This document shows, piece after piece, positions 39,109 to 48,866 of a stretch of DNA of 54,705 nt (positions are counted from its first letter, which is position 1; each line of letters opens with the position of its first letter). The notes beneath the pieces were generated by a model, which was given only the letters and a program-made list of their open reading frames with translations, had not been told where the DNA came from and made no database searches. The position numbers and the translations under genes are program-made. The DNA comes from Candidatus Micrarchaeia archaeon (GTDB lineage: Archaea > Micrarchaeota > Micrarchaeia > Micrarchaeales > Micrarchaeaceae), in assembly GCA_049966995.1 (NCBI GenBank), contig JBMFTN010000001.1, positions 1-54,705 on the forward strand, written 5' to 3'.

Positions 39109-39549
39109 GTGTTATTAATTAGGTGTTTAACTGTGGTAAAAAATATAAACAACCACGTGATTGTTTGCGGCTTTGGCATTCTAGGGCGTAAAATAGTGGA
39201 TGTGCTGGCTGAACACGGAGTCAAGTTTTTGATTGTTGATATTGACCCTAAAGTTATGAGTATCATTAAAGAATATGGCTATGAGTATGTAGAAGGAGAC
39301 GCCACGCGATCTAAAGTGCTAAGAGAAGCAAACATTGAGAATGCGAAGGCTATAGCAATCGCACTTGATGATGATGCAAAAAACCTTTTTATTGTGTTAA
39401 CGGCAAGGGATCTCAATAAGGATATATTTATAGCCGCCCGCGCAAATGACGAATTTGTGCGTGGCAAGCTCATCGAAGCCGGAGCGGATTATGTAGTTAT
39501 GCCGCAAAAGGCAGCAAGCAGAGAGATTGTAGATGAGCTCTTAAAGTGA
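39109..39549 (+). CDS. soluble TrkA-N/KTN (RCK) NAD-binding domain protein
   Basis: Rossmann motif VIVCGFGILGRKIV, then DID....EGDAT and AIAIALDDD. The start is uncertain (GTG 39109 or GTG 39133). Confidence 0.8.
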   Translation: MLLIRCLTVVKNINNHVIVCGFGILGRKIVDVLAEHGVKFLIVDIDPKVMSIIKEYGYEYVEGDATRSKVLREANIENAKAIAIALDDDAKNLFIVLTARDLNKDIFIAARANDEFVRGKLIEAGADYVVMPQKAASREIVDELLK

Positions 39550-39553
39550 GTTT

Positions 39554-40324
39554 ATGGCTGCATCTGGCTTATACGAAGGCATGACCCCAAGGATTGTTTT
39601 GCTTCTTGTTGTAATTATAATTTTGGTGTTTTTCACTTCTGTGTTTTATATATATAGAATAACTGGCAACAGGTATACTGCTACGTATTTTACGCTTTCC
39701 GCATTGTTTGATTATAGCTCAATAACGGGAAGTTCCAATATCAACTTGAATATACTGCAGAATACCAATGAATTTGATATTATGTTTATTATATCTGCAA
39801 TTGATGGCCTTTCAAAAGCTGCACTTGTTGGTTTTGTAATGGCTGCATTCATAAATGCGCTTATGGTTCTTGATATAGGGGCGAAAATGGGCAGAGTAAC
39901 AGCAAGAAGTATTAGGGATCATGTTGTAATATGTGGTTATTCCCAACTTTCTGAGAGACTATGCAATGATCTCAAAAAGCACGGCATTAAATTTGTGATA
40001 ATTGAAAAATCACAAGAAAAATCAGATTTGCTTGCTGACCTAGGGTATAGGGTAGTGGTAGGAGATTTTACTAGAGATGAAGACCTTAAGAAGGCAAATA
40101 TCGAAAAAGCACGTACTATCGTCTTTGCTTCAGACAATGAATATATAAACCTTTTAGGGATTGTGACTGCAAGACATCTTTACCCCAACTTGCAAATTAT
40201 TTCAAAAGCAAAGGAAGAGCTTACAATAACAAAAATGCAGCGGGGTGGGGCCGATGTCTGCATTATACCTGAGGTAATAGCGGGCATTGATATTGGCAGC
40301 ACTGTGATTAAACATGTGGTCTAA
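39554..40324 (+). CDS. 2-TM channel-like protein with C-terminal RCK/KTN domain, degenerate selectivity filter
   Basis: TM1, then a pore-helix-like YTATYFTLSALFDY, then SSITGSS where K+ channels have TVGYGD, then TM2, then an RCK domain (VVICGYSQLSERL...VGDFT). Confidence 0.7.
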   Translation: MAASGLYEGMTPRIVLLLVVIIILVFFTSVFYIYRITGNRYTATYFTLSALFDYSSITGSSNINLNILQNTNEFDIMFIISAIDGLSKAALVGFVMAAFINALMVLDIGAKMGRVTARSIRDHVVICGYSQLSERLCNDLKKHGIKFVIIEKSQEKSDLLADLGYRVVVGDFTRDEDLKKANIEKARTIVFASDNEYINLLGIVTARHLYPNLQIISKAKEELTITKMQRGGADVCIIPEVIAGIDIGSTVIKHVV

Positions 40325-41049
40325 TGGCATCAAATAAGGCAAAATATGAATTACTTGGTTTCGCCGCACTTTTATTTGCAATAGCGGTATTATTAACTAT
40401 AAGCGCAGGCGTAACGCCGTATACTGCGCTATTTCAGAATGCTTTTGGTTCGCTTGAAATTGACTACACATTGTTGAATTTTAACATCGCTGAAAACCCG
40501 CTTATACTCATATCAGCATTCATAAACACAGTAGTATTTGCAATAATAACGGTAGTTTTTGCAAGCATTTTCTTTAGCACAATAACAAAAATAAATCTGC
40601 GGGAACGCAGAGTTCTGGCAAAGGTAAAAAGGCTAAACCACCATATTATCATTGCACCATATAATCAATTTGCGCTTGAAGTTGCAAATGAGATAAGAAA
40701 AAGGGATAAAGAGGTTGTTTTAATAGCAAACACGAGGCAAGAATTTGAACACCTGTACAGGGAAAGGTTTTTGGCTATTGTTGGCAATCCCAGCACTACT
40801 GAGCTATTTGACGCTGCAAATATACGCAACTCCGAATATGTTATAATATGCTCTGAAAACGATGTGAACAACACTTTGATAACTATGGCAGCAAAAACTG
40901 CAGGGCCACGCGCTAGGATAATTTCAAGAGTAAGCAATGAAGCAAGCATACCAAAATTGGGCATCGCTGGCGCATATAGGATGATAATGCCCGAAATTAC
41001 TGCCGGAGAAGAGGTAGGTGAAGAGCTTGCAAAAAGGTTTACAGGCTAG
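40324..41049 (+). CDS. 2-TM membrane protein with C-terminal RCK/KTN domain (no recognisable filter)
   Basis: Two long hydrophobic helices flank a re-entrant-like segment (TPYTALFQNAFGSLEI), then an RCK domain (HIIIAPYNQFALEV...VGNPS). Its start overlaps the previous stop (ATGG/TAATG junction). Confidence 0.7.
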   Translation: MASNKAKYELLGFAALLFAIAVLLTISAGVTPYTALFQNAFGSLEIDYTLLNFNIAENPLILISAFINTVVFAIITVVFASIFFSTITKINLRERRVLAKVKRLNHHIIIAPYNQFALEVANEIRKRDKEVVLIANTRQEFEHLYRERFLAIVGNPSTTELFDAANIRNSEYVIICSENDVNNTLITMAAKTAGPRARIISRVSNEASIPKLGIAGAYRMIMPEITAGEEVGEELAKRFTG

Positions 41050-41080
41050 CGGGCAAGGCTTTAATGCATTTTGCTAGCGA

Positions 41081-42625
41081 CTAATTTGGATGCTTTGGCT
41101 TTTTCATTTCACGTAGTGCTGAGCTTCTGTAAGCATCCCATTGGCTTAAGAAATAGCTGTTCTTACTGAGAGGTTTCACACCTTCGGGATTCTCTTCGTT
41201 CATTGACTGCCTATAAATGTAGTTATTATATGTCTGCTCTTTTATTTTCTCAAGTTCATCAGGTTTGATGTTACTTTTGCTATTTCCTAGTATAATGTAA
41301 TCGGAAATGCGCTGGTTAAAAGAATTTGAGATGTTTGCCGTTCTCTCTTCAACTTTCTTATAGTAGTCAGCCATTCTTTGGTGTTCTATCTTTGTTGCTT
41401 CGTCTTTTGCTTTTTCTGCAAGCTTAGCCTCCGATTCGTGTAGTTTTTTCATTCTTTCGTGTATGGACTCTACCTTAAGCTGTGGATTGCCCTCCTTGTC
41501 GAGGCCAAAGAATTCTTCAGGCTTCATTGCTTTGATAAACATTTTATTGTTTTGCTCTTCGAGCTTTGCTTCTGAAAAACGCCTCAGTGCATCATTGAGA
41601 TACTCTTCGTTTGAATAGTCATTCTCTCTAGCCATCTTCAAATTGTTGTAATACTCTTTGGATCCTTTGATTGATCCTTTGGTCAATGCACCAATTGCGT
41701 ATATTTCTCCGATAAAAGGCACTCTAGAATTTTTGCTTAGTTTATTATAGCTAGACGCCCTCTCGAATATTGTTTTGCTTCTGTCTGCACCTTCTTCTTT
41801 TGCTTTTTTGTATGCCTCTCTGCGTGCCCTCTCGCTTTCTTCTCTAAATGATTTACGCTCTGCCTTCACCCTTTGATTGATAATATTGCGTGCCTCTTTT
41901 TTTGAATTTCCAAACTGTTCCCAATTTCTCTTATCTAGCCTCGCTTGAGCCTTGATATTCTTCTTGTATGTTTTTATAATCGTCTTATTTGCTTTTATCA
42001 CAGGCCTATTGCCAACTCCTGGGGTATAATGAAGCCCCGACTTGCCGCTTCTTATTTTCAGTGCCCGGTTGTATTTAAACTCACGATACCTCCCAATAAC
42101 TGGAGTTTGAAACACTGCAAGTCTTACGCTTTGCGGTCCATTTTTTCCTTTTGAGGTGCTTTGATCGCCTCCAGAAGCGTTAGGTGTTTTGAGAGGAACA
42201 TTTGAATTTGCTGAACCACTCCCAGAAGAGGTAGGTGTTTTGAGAGGAACATTTGAATTTGCTGCGCCAGCACCCATCAGATTTTTTAAGCGGTTCTGCG
42301 CAATATCTGCTTTTGTCTGCAATTGCGTATTCCTGTAATTTCTATAGTGGGTACCAAGCGAACCAAAGATATTTGATGGAATTAGAGAGCTTGGAGTGCT
42401 CCTGTATGCATTGCCAGCAGTCATGCCCTTGCCCGCATTCTTTCCAGCGCCGCTTGCAATTCCAAGCATCGCACCTATTCCAAAAAGCGCAAATATGTCA
42501 GATCCGCGCATAAGTCCTGCGGCAGCACCTATTAGAATAAGTATTACTATTATAGGGATGAAAGCATATATTGCGCCTATGCTTAATATTATTGATAGCA
42601 TTTCTATCATATAATATAAGTGCAT
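41081..42625 (-). CDS. membrane-anchored Lys-rich helical protein with 17-aa tandem repeat
   Basis: N-terminal TM pair with a Gly-rich segment, the duplicated ANSNVPLKTP(T/N)xSG repeat, then about 330 aa of K/E/R-rich predicted helix. No motif I can name. Confidence 0.5.
   Translation of the reverse strand: MHLYYMIEMLSIILSIGAIYAFIPIIVILILIGAAAGLMRGSDIFALFGIGAMLGIASGAGKNAGKGMTAGNAYRSTPSSLIPSNIFGSLGTHYRNYRNTQLQTKADIAQNRLKNLMGAGAANSNVPLKTPTSSGSGSANSNVPLKTPNASGGDQSTSKGKNGPQSVRLAVFQTPVIGRYREFKYNRALKIRSGKSGLHYTPGVGNRPVIKANKTIIKTYKKNIKAQARLDKRNWEQFGNSKKEARNIINQRVKAERKSFREESERARREAYKKAKEEGADRSKTIFERASSYNKLSKNSRVPFIGEIYAIGALTKGSIKGSKEYYNNLKMARENDYSNEEYLNDALRRFSEAKLEEQNNKMFIKAMKPEEFFGLDKEGNPQLKVESIHERMKKLHESEAKLAEKAKDEATKIEHQRMADYYKKVEERTANISNSFNQRISDYIILGNSKSNIKPDELEKIKEQTYNNYIYRQSMNEENPEGVKPLSKNSYFLSQWDAYRSSALREMKKPKHPN
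42171..42264. repeat. tandem 51-nt duplication (33 nt perfect: TAGGTGTTTTGAGAGGAACATTTGAATTTGCTG at 42181 and 42232)
   Basis: Direct comparison. The period of 51 nt equals the 17 aa of the ANSNVPLKTP repeat. Confidence 0.9.
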
Positions 42626-42669
42626 ATTTAATATATATTATTTTGCATGATGGACCGGAATTGCAAAAA

Positions 42670-45600
42670 TTATTTATGCTTAAGATGCTTCTTTTCCTTC
42701 ACTCTTTTTGGGGAGCTTTTTGCATAATGGTATATAAGTAGCACAACAGCTATCTCAAAAGCTACCATAAAGTACATGTTCAGCTTGCCAAAGCTCAGCA
42801 TGAAGTTCCCTATTTCTGAGTCTACCGTTACAGAAGCAGGTGAGGAGGTATAATTGTATTCTAGACCAAATTGTTTTATAAATTCCGGCTCCGGAGGGTT
42901 ATTACCATAATACTGGGCAATTATTTTTACGGTTTCTGTACCACACGCTGGGATTCTGGCGCTAAATTGACCATTTGACGAGGTCCTAACGATTTTCATA
43001 AGCCCAAGCTGCGTGGTAAACATCCCTGTTCCATTATCAAAGTAAGGTATGCAGTATTCAAAACTATGTGTGTTAGCATCAAAATTCACCGCAAAAAGAC
43101 CATTTGCATTGAATATATTGCAATTGTATTTCTCAACACCGCTTGCTAACAAGCTTTTGGGTTCTGGCGGGCATGCACCCGTTGAATTGTATTGGGGTGC
43201 ATAATTTGTTGTGTTTGCTTGCAGATACCCTTTATTTTGGGTTACTAAAGCCAATGGATTGGCGTAGCTACAATCGCCTGCAATGCCAAAAGCGCAATTA
43301 AGCGCATGTGTATAATAGGTAAATAGGTCTGGGAATGTGTTGTTATAGTAGTTTATGTTTGTGTCAAAATAGAGGTATATTGGTGCGTTTGAAAGTGGAC
43401 TTATTCCAAATGGATTAGCGGTTAGAACAGTACCATTTATCTGCATCATTGTTTGATTGGCGTTTGTAGGACTCACTATTGGTGACACGTTCATTACAAT
43501 TTCTGTGAGGTTTGACAAATCAACATAGAATGGCATGTTTATCTTATTATCAAATGTGTCTATGTACACATACATCAACTTGTTGAATCCAAGGATATTT
43601 GAAGCCGCAGACATGTTTAATATCAAGCTATCCAAATATGCTGAACGCTGGTATACATCAAAAAGTTGAACAAAGTTGATGCTGCTGTTTGGAATAAATT
43701 TTATCAGACTTAATCCTGGAAGAGGATTGTAAAACGGCCCGGTAACACTTGTTATATTGTAGTCCTGCATCATGAATCCGGGATAACTATTTCCACCATA
43801 AGACTGATTTGCAGATTCAATCTTGTAGTTATACACCCTGCTGGAATTTATCATCATGTCTGTGGTAACACCGCTGGAATTAACTTCCTGCAATACGTAT
43901 ACCTGGCCAAAAACCCTGCTTGTTGAAATTCTTGAATTTAGGTATGGCAACAGGATTGAGCCAGCATTTGATAAGTTTGGCACATAATACTTGTTTTGGG
44001 GGGTAAGCTCAAAGAACGTTGGCCCCCCTTGAACGGTTTCATTCAGTACAGAAGGAGCTATGGCCACTTGTGCTGCCGTATACCCTTCATATGTTTTTGT
44101 AGCAGGTCCATACGATATAGGAGAGCAGAATGGAGTGAAATCCATGCTGTAGGGATTTCCAATTATCTGGGTGCTGATGTCTTCAGTCTGAGCGCTTGTC
44201 TGTTTTATTTCTTGAGTAAGGTAGTAGCTGTAGTTGTAGGGTATAAGCACATAGCCATTGATATTGCTGTTTATGTAAGTGCTGGGTTCAACAATAGTTT
44301 GGGGTGTTACCCCAAAATTGCTTAGAACTTCGCTTGGGGTAATGCTAGATTGGTTATTATAGCCGCTTTCTCCGATATTTTTAGCATTTTCTATAATAGT
44401 TTTATTAGTAAAATTGATTGCGAATATGGAAGCAAGAGAGTTCTTAAATGACAGGTAAAGCTCTGGCGCTCCCGTATTAAGTGCATAATTGAATGAGCTT
44501 GAAACTGCGAGGAAAGGTGGGCTCATCTCTGCTATAGTATTTGCCACGTTTGCATTATATGCACATGGGGTTAAGCTTATTCCATTTACGATTTCGTTTG
44601 CGCTGATATAGCAAGTGGCTTCAGGAAGCGGATTTATTTCTAAATTGTATTTGGTGTAGTTTGTTATATGTGGATTGAATGAAAATAATTCAGTATATAG
44701 ACCATTGGTTTTCTTTTTGTTCTGCGCATTTGTGCCGCTGTATCCAACCACATTGGCAAGCATTGTAAACGTGCCATTAAAGCTTGAGGATACTGCAATT
44801 GAAGTTGAATTTATTGTAGAATTTCCTATGGCACTGAGCCATGGACCCATAGGAGGTATAATTGCACTGGTAGTTGGCTCGTAAACAGCAGCATCAATTG
44901 CGAGGTTGTTGTCCCATGCCGCGTTGCTTATTGAGGGATTAACCTGAACATAAGTAATGCCTAATCCTCCACTCATGGTAAGGCCATTATCCACTTCTAG
45001 CGTACCAAATGGACCTATTGCATAATTCCACCAGCTATTCAAGCTCGTACCTGCAAAATTATCATAGAAGTTGAAAACTTGAAATCCGTCATCATACTGA
45101 GCATAAACTTGGCTGAGTTCTGGAGCCTCACCTATGCCGAAAGTACCAGAGCTTGATAATAGATTTTCATTTTTTGAGCCAAAAACTATATACACATTTG
45201 AACTTCCATCTGCTGGCACAGCCTGATCAAGTCTAAGCCATATGAGGAGGTTTCCACTTTGGTTGGCTTCTATCCAGGCGGGAATTACTTGGCCATTTGA
45301 ATTAACAAATTCAAAATTGGCTAATGCACCATTAAAATTAATGTATTTTTTGAGCTCTGATTCAGATATGTTGAGTAATTCCTGGAAAGGCACAGGAGTA
45401 CTAGCAGACTGATTGTTTTGGATTGTCAACTCAGCAGCATATTCGAAGCCTTGAGGCAATGAAGGGTAATTATTTATGGGTAAAACTTTGCTGATTGAAT
45501 AACCAGGCATAATGCCATCTGGGGGATATGATCTAGCTCTTGTCCATGCAACTGTTATTGGAGTAAAGCCTGCATCATATAGCATTAGACGCAGGTCGTT

Positions 45601-48600
45601 TGAATATCCAGGTATGTTGTTGGTTATTATTTGGTTTGATGTTGCTATATAGATGTATGAATTTCCATAGAATTTTGCTTCGTTCTGAGAAGCTGAAATT
45701 GAAAATGTGTTCATCTGGCCTGCCTGGTATTGCATCACATTATTAAAGGTGTGCTGGGATTTGCTCACCGAAGCCAGATCTGCCCATTCACCAGATGGCT
45801 GAGCAATTAAGCCTAATCCCGAATTTCCCCCAGATTGCGATGTAGAGTATAAGCCTATAGAGAAGTCTGGCAAGATTCCATAAGCAGGCCAATTGTATAG
45901 GCAATTTGCAGCGCAGTAAGAGACGTAACTGCTTGGATTAACCATAATATTAGCAGATAACACAATGCCGTATGGTGGAAATTCGTAGTTTGTCACGCCA
46001 CCCTGGGATAGGTCTGGTATGCTGCTAGAAGCAGGAACTAAGGTACTGAACTTTTGCGCGTTTAATGGTATCTCTGTGTTGTTTGCCGAAAAAGCACGCA
46101 AAAGCAGTATTGAGGAGTCCTTTCCACCAATGGTGAAATTCCATAGGTCAAACACATAAAGAGTCCCGTCTTCGTCTAGCAAAGCTATTGGATGGTGATA
46201 ACCTTTTTTATCATAAACTGCTGGCGCGCCTAAATAGGCTGCAGCAACCTCACCATCATCAAATGGGCCTCCATTTGCAAGATATCTTGTAATATCCATT
46301 TTATAAGATGAATTCGAAAAAGAAAGGTTGATCTCGCCCTGATATATCATGTTTGGGCTTGCATATACAACGATGTTTCCTGGAAAGCTGCTATTAGCAA
46401 GATAAATCTCCTTACCGTTTGGGGAAACAGCAATCTCATGCGAAGGAACAAACCCCGTGGGTTTGCTTTCAAAGACTATTTTTTTGTTGCTTGAGCCAGG
46501 ATTTTGGGGATTGCTGTTTGAGTAGAGAGCACCTATAAAGAAAGTTGGCTGTGAAGGAGATGAAGAAGATGTGCAAGAGAGTGGGTCAATAATGCATAGG
46601 TCCTGGCTAATTCCACTCAATAAGCTACCTATGTCATTTTTATTAAGATAGCCCGTAATGAAAACATCGTCTGTGTAATCAGATGCTAATGCTGTTGGTA
46701 TGATGCCACTTCCGGTAAGACCCCACCAAGAGTTTTCGGCTGAAGTGAAATTTGTAACATTTACAAGGTATAAGTTTGTAGACTGCTCTTCAAGTGAATT
46801 GTTCCAATAATGAACCCATGATGCATTCCATGCTTTCCATGTTGAAGGATTTTGTTCGGGTACAATGTTTGGCTGATCGTTTGTCAGGTTAAAGTACCCA
46901 GTAGGCACAAATCTGAAAGTATACAAGAATGTCTGAGTATCAGAACTAAAGCTAGGGACTATAGAGGAGGCTGTAGAGGAGTAGTTAAGTATGTATATAT
47001 AATCATTGGGTGATGCTGCAATAAATGCTGGGTTATATATTCGTATATACGCATAATTACCTGCTGCGCCAAGGGCCCCATAGATGCTTTCAAATATCGG
47101 CCCAAGCTTAGATATTTCGCTCAATACAGAATTGTTCATAGAGCTCAAGAATATGTCAGAAGCATCTGTAAAATAGTTTGGATTAGGCGGAGATTTTGCT
47201 GATGCAATATTTAATGGGAACATTGTTAGGTTCCCTTTGTAATTTGCAAAAAATGCAGAGCCCGTTGAAAGTGGAAACGGTTCCATATAGTTCGCAGGTT
47301 CTAAATAGTTGTGAGGGCTGTACATATCGTATGACATGTTAAGATATTCGGTGCCATTAGATACAGAAGTGGCTAATACAGGCATGCTAAAGCTGTATAG
47401 GAAATATGGTATTCCAGGAACATAGTTGTATTGGAGGGAGGTCATAGGAGCAGATGCAGTTGCAAGTCCTGTAGGAAGTACTACACCCAAAAAACTTCCA
47501 TATGTTGTATATGCAGATATGTAGTTGCCTTGATCTTCTGAATTTTCCTTATATTTGTAAGTCATTGTATATGGTTCTCCTACAGTATATTCAGGAAAGT
47601 CTATTCTTCCATGACCTATGAAAGTCCATGTACCACTGGGGCAAGAGTGCGTAATACCAAAATCAGAATCAAGTTTTAATGCAAACAAGCAAGGTGTATT
47701 AACAGGATAGTTTTTTGTGGGATAATAATACATGCCGAATAGCCTTAGCCAGTCTTTCGTTGGCGGCTTCAAAAGCTGGACAGGCACAGTTATGTTTGTA
47801 TTGTTAAGCTTGGTAAGATTGGACTGCTCACTGTAGGTATAAGTGTAAGCACAACTCCAGCTCCATATAACATTTTCAGAGTACTCGCCAGAATAGTAGT
47901 TTATATAAGGCAAATCAGTATATGTTTTGCTGTTATAGAACTCTCCGTGCTTTATTGCATAATGGAATTTCGTAAGGTTTGCATATTTAGCATACCAAGA
48001 CCAAAGCACAGACTGGTTGCTGTCCGGAACCTGATTGTATATAAGAGAAGAGGTATTATAGCCGTTTGATATATTGTAGTTAATATTGCTAGGATTGGCA
48101 GAGTTGATCAAGCCTGCTTGACCTGAAAATGCAAGATTATCGGCAACCGCCTGAGCTATGTTTGTTATATTCAGAGATATTGAAGAAGAAGCCAAGGAAT
48201 ATAGAGACCAGCTTGTCTGAGTTGTAAGCCCGGTTTTAGTTACAAGCGGATTCTGATTCGCATTGCATCTATCACCTATTATGTAAGAAACAGAATTTGT
48301 AGAAAAATATTCGCTTGTGTTGAGTGAATTGGGGGCCAAAGGGCACGTTATAAGCCATTGTGCTGTGTTGTTATTTGAATTTATTATGTATGATGTTGAA
48401 GGCTTCGGTGTCTCGAACTTTGATATTGAATATATAAAACCCCCGATTGAAGATGCATATTCATTGTAGTTTGTGGTTATTTTTGCATAGTTTATATATG
48501 TGCAGTCCCCATATGATGAACCAGAAGTGCAGCTACCATAATAAATCTGCGTAAATGGAACATTTTTAAGCATGGCAATTGCATTTCCGCCTTCGCTTGA

Positions 48601-48699
48601 CGCAGAAGACAAAAAGCTGGCAGCACTCGGGGATAAATTAAAATAAAGCAGGAATAAAGATAAGAGGATTAAAGGCAAAACAGCTCGCATTTTGATCAT
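42670..48699 (-). CDS. giant (2009 aa) secreted, C-terminally anchored surface protein with DUF2341 + ConA-like lectin core
   Basis: Sec-type signal peptide (MRAVLPLILLSLFLLYFNLSPSAAS). Asn/Ser/Thr/Tyr-rich and extremely dense in N-x-S/T sequons. The central DUF2341-like pattern is FEFVNSNGQVIPAWIEANQSGNLLIWLRLDQAVPADGSSNVYIVFG (about 45060-45390), followed by FNFYDNFAGTSLNSWWNY. A C-terminal TM helix and KRVKEKKHLKHK tail end the protein. Confidence 0.8.
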   Translation of the reverse strand: MIKMRAVLPLILLSLFLLYFNLSPSAASFLSSASSEGGNAIAMLKNVPFTQIYYGSCTSGSSYGDCTYINYAKITTNYNEYASSIGGFIYSISKFETPKPSTSYIINSNNNTAQWLITCPLAPNSLNTSEYFSTNSVSYIIGDRCNANQNPLVTKTGLTTQTSWSLYSLASSSISLNITNIAQAVADNLAFSGQAGLINSANPSNINYNISNGYNTSSLIYNQVPDSNQSVLWSWYAKYANLTKFHYAIKHGEFYNSKTYTDLPYINYYSGEYSENVIWSWSCAYTYTYSEQSNLTKLNNTNITVPVQLLKPPTKDWLRLFGMYYYPTKNYPVNTPCLFALKLDSDFGITHSCPSGTWTFIGHGRIDFPEYTVGEPYTMTYKYKENSEDQGNYISAYTTYGSFLGVVLPTGLATASAPMTSLQYNYVPGIPYFLYSFSMPVLATSVSNGTEYLNMSYDMYSPHNYLEPANYMEPFPLSTGSAFFANYKGNLTMFPLNIASAKSPPNPNYFTDASDIFLSSMNNSVLSEISKLGPIFESIYGALGAAGNYAYIRIYNPAFIAASPNDYIYILNYSSTASSIVPSFSSDTQTFLYTFRFVPTGYFNLTNDQPNIVPEQNPSTWKAWNASWVHYWNNSLEEQSTNLYLVNVTNFTSAENSWWGLTGSGIIPTALASDYTDDVFITGYLNKNDIGSLLSGISQDLCIIDPLSCTSSSSPSQPTFFIGALYSNSNPQNPGSSNKKIVFESKPTGFVPSHEIAVSPNGKEIYLANSSFPGNIVVYASPNMIYQGEINLSFSNSSYKMDITRYLANGGPFDDGEVAAAYLGAPAVYDKKGYHHPIALLDEDGTLYVFDLWNFTIGGKDSSILLLRAFSANNTEIPLNAQKFSTLVPASSSIPDLSQGGVTNYEFPPYGIVLSANIMVNPSSYVSYCAANCLYNWPAYGILPDFSIGLYSTSQSGGNSGLGLIAQPSGEWADLASVSKSQHTFNNVMQYQAGQMNTFSISASQNEAKFYGNSYIYIATSNQIITNNIPGYSNDLRLMLYDAGFTPITVAWTRARSYPPDGIMPGYSISKVLPINNYPSLPQGFEYAAELTIQNNQSASTPVPFQELLNISESELKKYINFNGALANFEFVNSNGQVIPAWIEANQSGNLLIWLRLDQAVPADGSSNVYIVFGSKNENLLSSSGTFGIGEAPELSQVYAQYDDGFQVFNFYDNFAGTSLNSWWNYAIGPFGTLEVDNGLTMSGGLGITYVQVNPSISNAAWDNNLAIDAAVYEPTTSAIIPPMGPWLSAIGNSTINSTSIAVSSSFNGTFTMLANVVGYSGTNAQNKKKTNGLYTELFSFNPHITNYTKYNLEINPLPEATCYISANEIVNGISLTPCAYNANVANTIAEMSPPFLAVSSSFNYALNTGAPELYLSFKNSLASIFAINFTNKTIIENAKNIGESGYNNQSSITPSEVLSNFGVTPQTIVEPSTYINSNINGYVLIPYNYSYYLTQEIKQTSAQTEDISTQIIGNPYSMDFTPFCSPISYGPATKTYEGYTAAQVAIAPSVLNETVQGGPTFFELTPQNKYYVPNLSNAGSILLPYLNSRISTSRVFGQVYVLQEVNSSGVTTDMMINSSRVYNYKIESANQSYGGNSYPGFMMQDYNITSVTGPFYNPLPGLSLIKFIPNSSINFVQLFDVYQRSAYLDSLILNMSAASNILGFNKLMYVYIDTFDNKINMPFYVDLSNLTEIVMNVSPIVSPTNANQTMMQINGTVLTANPFGISPLSNAPIYLYFDTNINYYNNTFPDLFTYYTHALNCAFGIAGDCSYANPLALVTQNKGYLQANTTNYAPQYNSTGACPPEPKSLLASGVEKYNCNIFNANGLFAVNFDANTHSFEYCIPYFDNGTGMFTTQLGLMKIVRTSSNGQFSARIPACGTETVKIIAQYYGNNPPEPEFIKQFGLEYNYTSSPASVTVDSEIGNFMLSFGKLNMYFMVAFEIAVVLLIYHYAKSSPKRVKEKKHLKHK

Positions 48700-48866
48700 T
48701 CTATATTATTTGCTTATTATATAAATATTTATCTCTATTATGCAATGGATAGCTGTTGGGGCTTTTCTTAATAATTTTTTTGATATGTATCTAAATTGGA
48801 ACACTGTATATGGAATTATTATAAAATATAAAATAATTTTCGCTGCATCAATAGAATAGCGATAAA

